DNA from: Spirochaetia bacterium
GTDB taxonomy: Bacteria; Spirochaetota; Spirochaetia; SZUA-6; Bin103
Length of the DNA stretch: 64,000 bases
Direction of reading: 5' to 3'
Assembly: GCA_965203055.1 (NCBI GenBank)
Contig: OZ241863.1
Coordinates: 1,664,001-1,728,000, forward strand
Shown here: positions 1 through 9,312 of the stretch, piece by piece
How the letters are laid out: every line of letters begins with the position of its first letter
How positions within the stretch are numbered: position 1 is the first letter of the stretch
Position numbers and translations under genes: made by a program
The notes under the pieces: model-generated
Databases searched by the model: none
Seen by the model: only the letters and a program-made list of their open reading frames with translations
What the model was told of the DNA's origin: nothing

Positions 1-2
1 GC

Positions 3-818
3 GGCGCGCTCAAGGCGCTGGTGGAACGGCAGATCGCGGCCGGCATCACCGGCCTGGTTCCGGTCGGCACCACCGGCGAGAGTCCCACGCTGACCAACGA
101 CGAACACCATGCGGTGATCCGGCTGGTGACGGAGCAGGCGGCGGGGCGGGTGCCGGTGATTGCCGGCTGTGGTTCCAACAACACCGCGGAGGCGTTGGAG
201 CACACCCGGCTGGCCAAGGAGGTGGGAGCCCAGGCCAGCCTGCACGTCGCCGGCTACTACAACAAGCCCTCCGCCGACGGCTTCCTGCGGCACTTCCGGC
301 TGATCGCGGACCGCGTCGATCTGCCCCTCATCGTCTACAACATCCCCGGCCGCACCGGCAAGAACATCGACAACGAAACGATGCTGGCCCTCGCCGACCA
401 CCCCAACATCGTCGGCGTCAAGGAGGCCAGCGGCGACTTCAAGCAGATCATGGATCTGCTGCGGCGCCGGCCGCAAGGGTTCACCGTGCTGTCCGGCGAC
501 GACGAAGTCACGCTGCCGATCATGGCCCTGGGCGGCAACGGGGTGATCTCGGTCACCAGCAACCTGCTGCCGGAGAAGATGGTGGCGCTGGTGGAGCGCA
601 TGCGGGCCGGCGACGGCGCCGGGGCGCGCGCGATCCATTATCAGCTTCTGCCGGTGATTACCGCGCTCATGGGGCTGGACACCAACCCCATTCCGATCAA
701 GGGCGCCATGGAGATGGTCGGTCTGATCGAAGCGAACTACCGCCTGCCGATGACCCCGCTTACCGAGCGGGCCAAGGCGGAGCTGCAAAGCGTCCTGAAC
801 CAATACGACCCCGACTGA
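3..818 (+). CDS. dapA: 4-hydroxy-tetrahydrodipicolinate synthase (5'-partial, begins before window)
   Basis: GTTGESPTL, YYNKPS, YNIPGRTG and GVKEASG (Schiff-base Lys) motifs; the frame is open from the window start. Confidence 0.95.
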   Translation, partial: GALKALVERQIAAGITGLVPVGTTGESPTLTNDEHHAVIRLVTEQAAGRVPVIAGCGSNNTAEALEHTRLAKEVGAQASLHVAGYYNKPSADGFLRHFRLIADRVDLPLIVYNIPGRTGKNIDNETMLALADHPNIVGVKEASGDFKQIMDLLRRRPQGFTVLSGDDEVTLPIMALGGNGVISVTSNLLPEKMVALVERMRAGDGAGARAIHYQLLPVITALMGLDTNPIPIKGAMEMVGLIEANYRLPMTPLTERAKAELQSVLNQYDPD

Positions 819-827
819 CCCCCCACC

Positions 828-1742
828 CTACGCCGGCGGCTCCTGGCCGGGGCACTCCTCCTCGAGCAGCGGGCCGGCGGCGTCCACCGCCGCTCCGGCC
901 GCGGCCAGCGCGTTGGCCAGGCGAATGACGGTGGCCGGCGCCAACTCTTCCGCGCGGCGCCCGGCGTCCACCCCCGCGGCCTCCACCGCGTCCAGCAGCC
1001 GCGCCTTGCTCAGGCCGAAGCCGTCGTGCGACAACAGGTTGTTGCGCAAGGTCTTGCGCCGCGTGCGGAAGGCCGTGCGGATCAGCGCGAACAACACCGA
1101 GCGATTGCTCACCCGGCGCCGGCCGGAGCCTGCCCGCAGCTCGATCACCGCGGAGGTCACCTCCGGCGCCGGGTAGAAGGTGCCCGGCGCCAGCTCGCCG
1201 TGCTCGGCAACTTCACTCAGACACTGGCAGAGCACCGACAGGGAGGAGTAATTGCGCGTCCCGGGGCGCGCCGTGAGCCGCTCGGCCAGTTCCCGCTGGA
1301 CGGTGAACACGCAGTTAACCCCAATGGCGTCATGCTGCACCAGCGCGGCGATGATGGCGGCGGAACAACGGTAGGGCAGATTGCCGACGATCCGACTCGG
1401 CGGCCCATGCTCGGCGCGCGCCTGCCGCCAGGTGCGCAGGAAGTCGCCCGCCACGATCGCCACCTGCGGCTGGCCGGCCAGCTCCTCCCGCAGATGGCGA
1501 ATCAGGCCGTGGTCGATCTCGAACAGCACCAGCCGCGCGCAGCGCGGCGCCAGCTCGCCGGTCACGGCGCCGAGTCCCGGTCCGATTTCCCACACCGTGT
1601 CGCCGGCGCGCGGCGCGAGGGTGTCCACCAGCTTGGCGCGGGTGCGCGGGTTGAGCATGAAGTTCTGGCCCCAACGCTTCTTCGGCTCCACTCCCAGGCG
1701 GCGCAGCGCGGCGCGCACCTCGGCCGGCGAGTTGTGGTTCAC
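828..1742 (-). CDS. rsmA: 16S rRNA m6,2A dimethyltransferase (KsgA)
   Basis: KKRWGQNF, EIGPGLG, GNLPY, FYPAPEVTS and RRKTLRNNL motifs. Confidence 0.95.
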   Translation of the reverse strand: MNHNSPAEVRAALRRLGVEPKKRWGQNFMLNPRTRAKLVDTLAPRAGDTVWEIGPGLGAVTGELAPRCARLVLFEIDHGLIRHLREELAGQPQVAIVAGDFLRTWRQARAEHGPPSRIVGNLPYRCSAAIIAALVQHDAIGVNCVFTVQRELAERLTARPGTRNYSSLSVLCQCLSEVAEHGELAPGTFYPAPEVTSAVIELRAGSGRRRVSNRSVLFALIRTAFRTRRKTLRNNLLSHDGFGLSKARLLDAVEAAGVDAGRRAEELAPATVIRLANALAAAGAAVDAAGPLLEEECPGQEPPA

Positions 1743-3145
1743 CAGCGAATTCCCGGCGCCTGCCCGAACAGATCGTTGAGCATCGTGAGCCCACTATACA
1801 ACAGGTTCAGCACGTAGTGGGCCAGCGGCTGCAGGCCGCCCGCGCTCACCTCCGCCAGCCCGACGCCGGCGATGCCGGTCCACAGGAACAGCGCGGTATA
1901 GGGCACCATCACCAGCCCCGACACGACGCCGATGGGATGCGCCCGGCCGAACACGGCGAGTACCAGCGGCAGCGTAGCCGCCTGCGCGCCGGCCGCCATT
2001 CCCATGGCGGAACGCAGACCCGGCGGCAGGCAGGCGGGAAGCCGCCGCGCGATCCGGGGGCCGAGCTGCAGGATGCCGAGCAGGGCCGCGTAGGAGAGCT
2101 GGAACGACAGGTCGCGCACCACGCTCGGATCGGTCGCCACGACCACGATCGCCGACAGCGCCAGCAGGTGGAGGGAGCGCGGGCGCCGGCCCAGGGCGGC
2201 CGCCAGCCGCCCCAGCGCCAGCATCATGGTCGCCCGCGCCAGCGACGGGCGGGTGCCGGCCAGCTCGACGTACAGGAACACCGCTCCCAGGGCGATGCCC
2301 GCCGCCAGCGCCGGCCACAGGCGCTGCCGGCGCGGCGCGGCCAGCATCCCGGCCATGGCGATGCCGCGCCCGACGCCGCCGGCCAGCGCGTACACCAGTC
2401 CCACGTGCAGGCCGGACAGGGCCAGCAGGTGGAGCGCCCCGGCGCGCCGGAACGCTTCCACTTCCTCCGCCCGCAGATGCTGCCGGTCGCCCAGCAGTAC
2501 CGCCAGCAGCAGGGCGGCGCCGGGCCCGCCCGGGGCCAGGATCATCCGCTCCGCGGCGGCTCGGGCGCGCGCCCGGACCGCCGCCGCGGGTCCGGCGTAG
2601 GAGGCCCAGGCGAGCTGCCCGCCGGCCGCCCGCAGCCGGCCCGCGGCGCCGCGCCGCAAGGTCACCCCGCGCACCACCACCCGGCGCCCGCGGTAGCCGC
2701 GCTCGGCCGGCGCCGCGGCGAAGGCGGCGTCGATGGTGAAGCGCGCGGAGGCGGTCGCTGCCAGGCGCGTCGACGCCACCCGATCCACCGCAATGCGGTA
2801 GCGTCCGCCGGCGCCGGACGGGCGGTCGTCCCGGACCAGCACCCCGTGCAGCTCGTCGATGGCCGCCGGCGGCAGCCCTGCCCCGTCGCCGGCGCGGCGC
2901 GCCACGGCTCCCAGCTCCAGCCCGCCGGCCAACGCGCAGCCGGCCGCCGCCGCCAGCAACGTCCGCTGCCCGCGCCGCCGCGCGGGCAGCACGGCCGCCG
3001 CCGCCGCGGCCAACAGCGCCGGCCCGGCCAACCACAGCGCCGCGCCGGCGCTCGGCGCCGCCGGCGGGAAGCGCGCCGCGGCCAGCAGGCAGGCCACCGC
3101 CGCCGCGGCCGCCGCCACCGCCGGCGCGGGCCGAGTGAGCGCCAT
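1739..3145 (-). CDS. comEC: ComEC/Rec2 competence membrane protein (no metallo-beta-lactamase domain); start uncertain
   Basis: HLLALSGLHVG and SFQLSYAA motifs; multiple TM segments; 4-nt overlap with rsmA. Confidence 0.85.
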   Translation of the reverse strand: MALTRPAPAVAAAAAAVACLLAAARFPPAAPSAGAALWLAGPALLAAAAAAVLPARRRGQRTLLAAAAGCALAGGLELGAVARRAGDGAGLPPAAIDELHGVLVRDDRPSGAGGRYRIAVDRVASTRLAATASARFTIDAAFAAAPAERGYRGRRVVVRGVTLRRGAAGRLRAAGGQLAWASYAGPAAAVRARARAAAERMILAPGGPGAALLLAVLLGDRQHLRAEEVEAFRRAGALHLLALSGLHVGLVYALAGGVGRGIAMAGMLAAPRRQRLWPALAAGIALGAVFLYVELAGTRPSLARATMMLALGRLAAALGRRPRSLHLLALSAIVVVATDPSVVRDLSFQLSYAALLGILQLGPRIARRLPACLPPGLRSAMGMAAGAQAATLPLVLAVFGRAHPIGVVSGLVMVPYTALFLWTGIAGVGLAEVSAGGLQPLAHYVLNLLYSGLTMLNDLFGQAPGIRW

Positions 3146-3147
3146 GG

Positions 3148-3189
3148 GTAACTTGGGTAACTTGAGTAACGACACGCGGGCCACCAACC
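3148..3189. repeat. Imperfect ~42-bp direct repeat, copy A (copy B at 7253-7293)
   Basis: gtaacttgggtaacttgagtaacgacacgcgggccaccaacc vs gtaacttgggaagttgagtaacgacgcgccagccaccaacc. Confidence 0.7.
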
Positions 3190-3258
3190 GGTACAACGGC
3201 CCCGCCGCGCCGGCGCTTCTAAAACCGGAGGAAGAACCAACGACGAACGACCCGTGAC

Positions 3259-3288
3259 TTGCAAGCTCCCCCGGCGCCGGCGTAGAGT
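3259..3288 (+). promoter_or_regulatory. Putative sigma70 promoter, probably giving a leaderless transcript for the 3296 gene
   Basis: TTGCAA-N18-TAGAGT followed 7 nt later by ATG, with no SD. Confidence 0.4.
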
Positions 3289-3295
3289 CGCGCCC

Positions 3296-4965
3296 ATGGA
3301 CCCCGCCGGCCGTTCCCCGTTGCATCACGCTTCCGTCGTCTCGTGTGCCAGGCTGGTCGCGACCGGGGCGGCGCTCCTCGGTCTGGCGGCCGCCTCTTCG
3401 TTCGGCCTCGGCGCCTGCTCAGCCGCCGCCCCGGCCGACCCCGCGTTTACCCCCCCCCCCCCCCCCCCCCCCCCCGAAAACCCGACCGAACCCGTAACTC
3501 CTACCGAACCGACTGAACCGACGACTCCACAGGATCCGACAGAGCCCGTTGATCCTATCCCGCCGCCTGCGGGCGGCGGCGGTCCTTCCGGGGGTGGAGG
3601 ACCTTCCGGGGGTGGTCCGTCAGGAGGAGGGGGACCTCCGCCTGCAACTCCTCCGCAGCCGAACAGGGCACCGATAATAACTTAACTTCAAGTCCGGTCA
3701 CGGAAGTTAATGAAAGTTCCGATTACAGATATCAGGTTACCGCAAGGGATCCCGACGGGGACGACATGAATTATAGTCTGCCGACGAAACCCGCGTGGCT
3801 TTCAATGAATTCATCGGGACTGATTACCGGGACGGCTCCTTCCGTGAGTTCTGACACGAACGTTAATCTTGAAGCGAGGGTTTCCGACGGGCAGGAAACG
3901 ACGAGCCATTCTTTCGCGGTTTCGGTTAAGGACGTGCCGACGCTGAGCGTTTCGGGGACTTTGCAGGACAGCGAGACGGACACGGGAAAAGCCGGGGAAG
4001 TCAGGGCGTATAAAAACAACGGCGACGGGACTTATACTTTACTGAAAAAAACGACGGCGGGAAGCAACGGTGCGTTTTCAATGTCGTTCAGTCACAGGGG
4101 AAATTTTGACTTGCAGGCAAGACTGAAACAGGGAACGGCTGACAAGAGTTACGTGAGGACGATACCGACGTCATCAACTTCAACTTTAACGGGACTGACG
4201 ATAAGGGCGGTTCCTTACACGGACCTTTCGGAAACTCAAACGGTAAGTGCCACTGATACAATCGTAAGCATACCCGAATTCAAGTCATTCATGGAAGACG
4301 TTAATAACCATGCCTCTAATCGTGCCGGCGGAGGATTCATGAGGTGGAATTTGGACAATTTTAACGGGGTTGAAATTTTAAGGGAAAATCCGACGGTAAA
4401 CACGGGAATTTTTGACACGACGAAGCAGAATTACATAGCAAATAAAATAAAGGCATCGGATGACGTAGCGTTATTGTTTGACGGAAGAACGGTAACGGTG
4501 CAGAAGGACGCCACGAGAACGGCTCAGGACGCGAACAAGAAATACACGGTTACGGGAAGCACGATAACGCCTGACACGGGCTGGATTGTCGTCGTTCCGG
4601 TGCATGATTATGTTGCTTCAGGCGGGGCGACGGGAGGAGATTCAGACAATGACGGTTACATTGACAGATACAGAATTGATTTAAAATCAAACTCATCCAC
4701 TAATTATACAGACGTCAGCAGAGTAATAACGCACGAATTTGCCCATGCGACTCTTTATCCCGGGGGTGACGTTACGATGGGACATACAAGCAGGCTGATT
4801 AATGATCAGTCAATTACTTCCACGGGTTCCGTTACGCCGAGACAGGCATGCACGAAGCCATGCACTTTTGACCAGAAGGCTGCCAAGTTGATTTACGAAT
4901 CTACCTTTGCCGTGGGGACGCCTTATAGTGAGATTCTGGGGACTGCGTGGCGGACCAACGAATAG
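3296..4965 (+). pseudogene. Frameshifted lipoprotein: signal peptide, Pro/Gly linker, putative Ig (He_PIG-like) domain and HExxH metallopeptidase-like C-terminus
   Basis: Lipobox LGAC. ORF 3296-3685 ends NRAPIIT*; removing the TAACT duplication (3678-3687) gives NRAPIITSSPVTEVNESSDYRYQVTARDPDGDDMNYSLPTKPAWL, joining ORF 3766-4965, which contains ITHEFAHA. Confidence 0.75.
3450..3475 (+). repeat. C26 homopolymer encoding poly-Pro
   Basis: 26 consecutive C, read as ACC + (CCC)8 in frame. Confidence 0.95.
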
Positions 4966-5054
4966 CCTGCGCCCCTCGCCCACCCCACCGGTGCGCCGCC
5001 CCCTCTGCCAGCCTCGCGCCGCCGGTCGCCGCGGCGCCGCCGGGACGGCGCGGC

Positions 5055-5199
5055 CCGCCAACGGTGTCTGCGGCCGCAGACCGCGCGGCGTCAGCGACGG
5101 CGGGGTCCGCCAACGGTGTCTGCCGCCACAGACCGCGCGGCGCCGGCCCACGAACCGCAGCCCCTCGACGTAGCCGCCCCGTCCCCGGCCCACGAACCG
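5055..5199. repeat. Intergenic direct repeats: 2 x 36 bp (5055-5090, 5107-5142) and 2 x 15 bp ccggcccacgaaccg
   Basis: ccgccaacggtgtctgcggccgcagaccgcgcggcg and a near-identical copy; each has an internal gtctg...cagac hairpin. Confidence 0.75.
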
Positions 5200-5294
5200 G
5201 GCCCCACCTTCGCTCTCCCCCGCCCCCTGTTTCACCGTGCGCCGCGCGTGCCCCGGCGACCAAGTGGCGTCATCACGGCACAGGCGCGCCGTGG

Positions 5295-5684
5295 CTACTG
5301 GCTTTCGGCGGTCGCTGATTCCGGGTCCAGGATGGTCTCGATGCGCACCAAGCGCTTGTCGATGGCATGGAGTTCGGCGCGCAGGGTCTCGACGGCGTCA
5401 CCCACCTTGCCTATGTCGGCGCCCACTTCGGCGCGCAGGGTCTCGACGGCGTCACCTACCTTGCCTACGTTGGCGCCCACTTCGGCGCGCAGGGTCTGTA
5501 TCTCGACACGCACGGCCTGGATGCTGCCGTTCGTACTGCCGTTCGTCGTGAGTATGACGAAAAGGACCGGTCCCATGACGGCAGCGACCGCTACCATTAA
5601 CTGAATGATGGTAGCCCAGTCGATCCGAAACATCAGACGCTGCGCAGATTGGGGTTCCGTGCCGGGCGCCAACGGGGGTTCCAT
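5295..5684 (-). CDS. Small membrane-anchored coiled-coil protein with 18-aa repeats
   Basis: One TM helix (IIQLMVAVAAVMGPVLFVIL), repeats of ETLRAEVGADIGKVGDAV, C-terminal IDKRLVRIETIL; purine-rich RBS before ATG 5684. Confidence 0.7.
   Translation of the reverse strand: MEPPLAPGTEPQSAQRLMFRIDWATIIQLMVAVAAVMGPVLFVILTTNGSTNGSIQAVRVEIQTLRAEVGANVGKVGDAVETLRAEVGADIGKVGDAVETLRAELHAIDKRLVRIETILDPESATAESQ
5373..5497. repeat. 54-bp tandem repeat (~2.3 units) inside the coiled-coil gene
   Basis: ttcggcgcgcagggtct recurs at 5373, 5427 and 5481. Confidence 0.9.
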
Positions 5685-5934
5685 CGTTCGCTCTCCCTCT
5701 ACAGGCGCCCGGTCGGCCAAGTTCGCCGTCTTCATGCCGGCCTTCCTGTCGCGCGGCTCATCCGCCCAGGAACGAGGTGCAGCCGTAGGGGGCGATCCTG
5801 CCGTCCGGCATTGGCCAAGACCGACACGCGCAACGGGCGATCCAGGCACTCCAGGCGACCACGGCAACGGGTCCTGTCGGGCACTCCTGCCTCCTCTCCC
5901 ACGGCACCATACTTACCTAAACGCATATGTGTAT

Positions 5935-6395
5935 ACGGCACGACGTGATCGATCTGCAGCATGTGTTGGGAGCCGTAGCGGCGCCCGCTGGTGCGGTCCA
6001 CGTAGCGGCAGCGGCCGCGGTCGCGCCGCCAGCCAGACCGCGCGCTTGACCGCCGCCGAGGTGGCGCGGCCGGTCACGCCGCCCGCCTTCGCTGCCGAAG
6101 TCCGGGTGCGCGGCGGCGGCGCAGCCCGCCGGCCGGGCGTTGCGTCTTCGGCGCCGAAGTGGCGTCGGTCGCCGGCTTCGCTGCGGAAGTGTCCGGGCGG
6201 TCAGCGGCTTCGTCGTCCGGCTGCGCCGGCGCCTGAGCCGATACCTTCGCCGCCGGAGGAGCGGCGCTGTCCGCGCCGGCCTCCTGGGCAGCGCCGCGAG
6301 CCGAAACCGCCTGCGTCTTCGCCGCCGAAGTTTGCTCGGCGCCTTTGGCCGGCGCGGCGCGCCGCCCGCGCGGCGGCCGGGCCGGATCGTGGCGG
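5935..6395 (-). pseudogene. Remnant of an HNH endonuclease gene
   Basis: Frameshifted ...YVDRTSGRRYGSQHMLQIDHVVPY, preceded by a low-complexity linker homologous to 22050-22457. Confidence 0.7.
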
Positions 6396-6649
6396 TCGAG
6401 CCCAAGACCGACACGCGCCTGGCGGCCTGCCGGCGCAACGCGCTGTTCAACCCGCATCAAGGCGCTATCGAGCCCCTGGCGGACGCCGGCTCCGAGGGAA
6501 CGCTCGCTGCTCGGGCCGCCCATGAGCGCTTCGACCGCTTGACCAATCGGCTGACGAGGGGCTAGATTCATGGCATCCGCCCCTTGGCAGTACGCCTCGC
6601 TCCCAGTCGAAAGACTGGCCATCATGAGCGGCGCCGATCCCTTGGGGCC

Positions 6650-6745
6650 TTCCCTTCTTCTTACGGCCCCAGGCGGCCTCATCGATCTCGTAGTCGAGGA
6701 GGAGGTCGCAGGCGGTGGCAACGTCGCTCCATCCGCAGGCGTCGA
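6650..6745 (-). pseudogene. Short remnant resembling the C-terminus of a type IIG/Eco57I-like DNA methyltransferase
   Basis: Reads DACGWSDVATACDLLLDYEIDEAAWGRKKK; family resemblance recalled from memory. Confidence 0.45.
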
Positions 6746-7002
6746 GCGGGGCGCGGTGTGTGGCGGTACTCGTAGTAGCCTTCCGGCGGCTTCGAGGGCG
6801 GATCGGTACCAACAAATTGGAAGTGTTCCCCCTGTCGCCCGCTTCAGAGGGGGTTGCGCCTGCCGGATAGGCGCACTTACCATTAGCGCGCGGCATGCCG
6901 ACCCCTTTGCGGGGCGGTTGGGCGATGCGGCATCCGAACATGGAGAACTGCGGTGAGCGCACGAGGAGCCGGCTCGATGGACGCTGACGGCGTAGGCCGT
7001 CG

Positions 7003-7269
7003 ATGAATGATGGCGGTGTTGCGGCCATGAACAAGTTGGCGGCCTTCCGACAGGAAGCGTCGGTCGGCGCCCGCGTAACGCTTCGCCTCACGCGTGGAGA
7101 AGACGTCTCCGGTCGCGTCGCGCAGCTTGACAAGGTAGTTGTCCGGGCAAACGTCGGAGAGTTCGCCTCGATCGGTTGCAGGCGGAGGGAGCTGCCGCGC
7201 GATACTGGAACGGTACGAGCAGTGGAAATCGGCCGACCGGCCGCGCAGATGAGTAACTTGGGAAGTTGA
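7003..7269 (+). CDS. Hypothetical protein, probably a gene fragment
   Basis: Plausible N-terminus (VGARVTLRLTRGEDVSGRV) that degenerates and ends in repeat B. Confidence 0.3.
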   Translation: MNDGGVAAMNKLAAFRQEASVGARVTLRLTRGEDVSGRVAQLDKVVVRANVGEFASIGCRRRELPRDTGTVRAVEIGRPAAQMSNLGS

Positions 7270-7293
7270 GTAACGACGCGCCAGCCACCAACC
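7253..7293. repeat. Imperfect direct repeat, copy B (copy A at 3148-3189)
   Basis: See alignment given for copy A. Confidence 0.7.
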
Positions 7294-7304
7294 TGTTTCA
7301 ACGC

Positions 7305-7763
7305 ATGACGGTAGTCAAAGTGAATGCGTCGCAGGCGGAGGAACTGGCCGATCTGAACCGGCAGCTCCTCGAGGACGAGCGGCATCCCGAGTCGATGACC
7401 CGCGCCGAGCTCGCCGCGCGCATGGCGTCCTGGTTGCGGGAAGACCACACCTGCTACGTGGCGCGTCGGGCCGGGGCGACCGTCGGCTATTGCCTGTTCC
7501 GTGACGCCGGAAGGTATTTCTACCTGCGGCAGCTCTTCATCGCCCGCAGCCACCGGCGCCGCGGCCTCGCCACCGCGCTGCTGGACTGGATGTACGCGCA
7601 CGTCTGGGACGGGAAACCGGTGCGGCTCGACGTGTTCGCCCACAACGAACAGGCCGTCGCCTTCTACCAAGCCTACGGCTTTCGGGTCGCAGTGCTGCGG
7701 ATGGAGAGGCGACCGGTGCCGTGCTGCGCCGGGCGGGCATCGACCCGGAACAGGGGTGAGTGA
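7305..7763 (+). CDS. GNAT family N-acetyltransferase
   Basis: LFIARSHRRRGLATALL (acetyl-CoA motif A) and NEQAVAFYQAYGF (motif B). Confidence 0.9.
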   Translation: MTVVKVNASQAEELADLNRQLLEDERHPESMTRAELAARMASWLREDHTCYVARRAGATVGYCLFRDAGRYFYLRQLFIARSHRRRGLATALLDWMYAHVWDGKPVRLDVFAHNEQAVAFYQAYGFRVAVLRMERRPVPCCAGRASTRNRGE

Positions 7764-8461
7764 GCGCCCGCTTGGCGCGCGCCGCGGCCATGAACGTGGT
7801 CACGCCGGCCGGCGGCCCCCCTGCCCTGCGGTCACCGGGGGCGGCGCTGGGGCGGATCGCGCTGCTGTACCCGTTGGTGATGCTGCCGGCGGGCGCGCTT
7901 GGCCTGCCGCGCACGCTGCTCACCGGCGCCGCGTTGGCCGCGCTGCAGACCGGCATGCTGGTGTTGGTCATGGCGCGCGACCGGAGCCGCGCCCGGTTCG
8001 GCTGGCGCCCGCGCCGGCGCGACGCCGCCGAAGCCGGGATCATCGCCGCCGGATTGCTGGCCCTGCTGGCGCTGGTGACGCTCCTGGCGGGCCTGGTGCC
8101 GGAGCCGGCGCGCGAGGCGCTGCTGCGCGGCTACCGCTGGGAGCTGCAAGGCGCCGCCCAGGTGCCGGCGGCCCTGGCGTTCGTGCTGGTCAGCGCCTAC
8201 CGCGAGGAACTCTACTTCCGCGCCTACGTCCTTACCCTCCTGGCGGAGACCGCCACCCCGGCATGGCTGGCGGCGCTCACCTCGGCGCTGCTGTTCGGCG
8301 TCGGACACCTGTACCAGGGCTGGCTGGCCGCCGGCAGCGCGCTGCTGATCGGCATTGCCTTCGCCCTGCTCTACCAGCGCCGGCCGGCGCTGCACCGGCT
8401 GGCATGGGCGCACGCGGCCTTCAACCTGACCGTGCTGAGCGCCACCCTGTTCACCGCCTGA
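7760..8461 (+). CDS. CPBP (CAAX/Abi) family intramembrane metalloprotease
   Basis: EELYFR, LFGVGHLYQG and AHAAFN motifs; hydrophobic. Confidence 0.9.
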   Translation: MSARLARAAAMNVVTPAGGPPALRSPGAALGRIALLYPLVMLPAGALGLPRTLLTGAALAALQTGMLVLVMARDRSRARFGWRPRRRDAAEAGIIAAGLLALLALVTLLAGLVPEPAREALLRGYRWELQGAAQVPAALAFVLVSAYREELYFRAYVLTLLAETATPAWLAALTSALLFGVGHLYQGWLAAGSALLIGIAFALLYQRRPALHRLAWAHAAFNLTVLSATLFTA

Positions 8462-8538
8462 CGGCTCCGCTACTATTCGAACGCCGGGCCGCCCGCGCCG
8501 GGAACGCGCGCGGGCCGCGCCGGCTGCCGACCCTGAGC

Positions 8539-9225
8539 GTGAAGCAAAGCAGCGGAGCATTGAACGCAGTGCGCAGACTCGCCGGCGGCGCCGCCCTCCG
8601 GCGGTCGCTGGCGTTGCTGCTGGCCTGCCTCGCCGCCGCCAGCGGCGCGGCCTTCGGGCAGCGCGAGGCCGCGGCCCCGGAGCCGCGGCCCGCGGCGGCG
8701 CCGCCGGCGGATGCTGCGGACGCGCCCCCGCCCGCCGACACCGTCGACGCACGGATGCGGGAACTGGGCTTCCAGTTGCCGCGCCGCGCCGTGCAGGCGG
8801 CGAGCTTCGACCTGCACGACCTCGCCGGCGCCACCCACTCGCTCGACGCCTACCGCGGTTCGGTGGTGTTCCTCAACTTCTGGGCTACGTGGTGCGGCCC
8901 GTGCCGCACCGAAATGCCGGCCATGCAGGAGCTGCATGAACGCCTCGCCGCCGGCGCCGACTTCGTCATGCTCGCCGTCAACCTGCAGGAGGACGCCGCG
9001 CAGGTGCGGCGCTTCGCCGACGACATGGGCCTGTCGTTCCAGATCCTGCTCGACAGCAGCGGCGAAACTGCCGCCGCCTACGGGGCGCGCACCTTGCCGA
9101 TGAGCTACCTGATCGACAAGGACGGATCGATCCTGGCGCGCGTCATCGGCATCCGCAGTTGGGACCAGCCGGAATTCGAGCGCCTCTTCCGCTCCCTCGC
9201 CGACCGCCCGCCGGCGCCCGGCTGA
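8539..9225 (+). CDS. TlpA/ResA family thiol:disulfide oxidoreductase; start uncertain
   Basis: Signal peptide, LNFWATWCGPCRTEMP, LPMSYLID. Confidence 0.9.
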   Translation: MKQSSGALNAVRRLAGGAALRRSLALLLACLAAASGAAFGQREAAAPEPRPAAAPPADAADAPPPADTVDARMRELGFQLPRRAVQAASFDLHDLAGATHSLDAYRGSVVFLNFWATWCGPCRTEMPAMQELHERLAAGADFVMLAVNLQEDAAQVRRFADDMGLSFQILLDSSGETAAAYGARTLPMSYLIDKDGSILARVIGIRSWDQPEFERLFRSLADRPPAPG

Positions 9226-9312
9226 GGAGCGCCCGCGCCGGTCTTTACATCGCCCCGCGCACGGTGTACAAATGGGTCCGGGCGGAGCGCCCCGTGACGG
9301 AAACTCGATAGC

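Noticed and set aside
3450..3687. Idea that adding one C to the poly-C tract compensates for the 5-bp duplication and switches the gene on
   Set aside because: The required frame hits TGA at 3514-3516, so slippage cannot rescue the gene
5055..5142. 36-bp palindromic repeats as CRISPR repeats
   Set aside because: Two copies with only a 16-nt spacer, no leader and no cas genes
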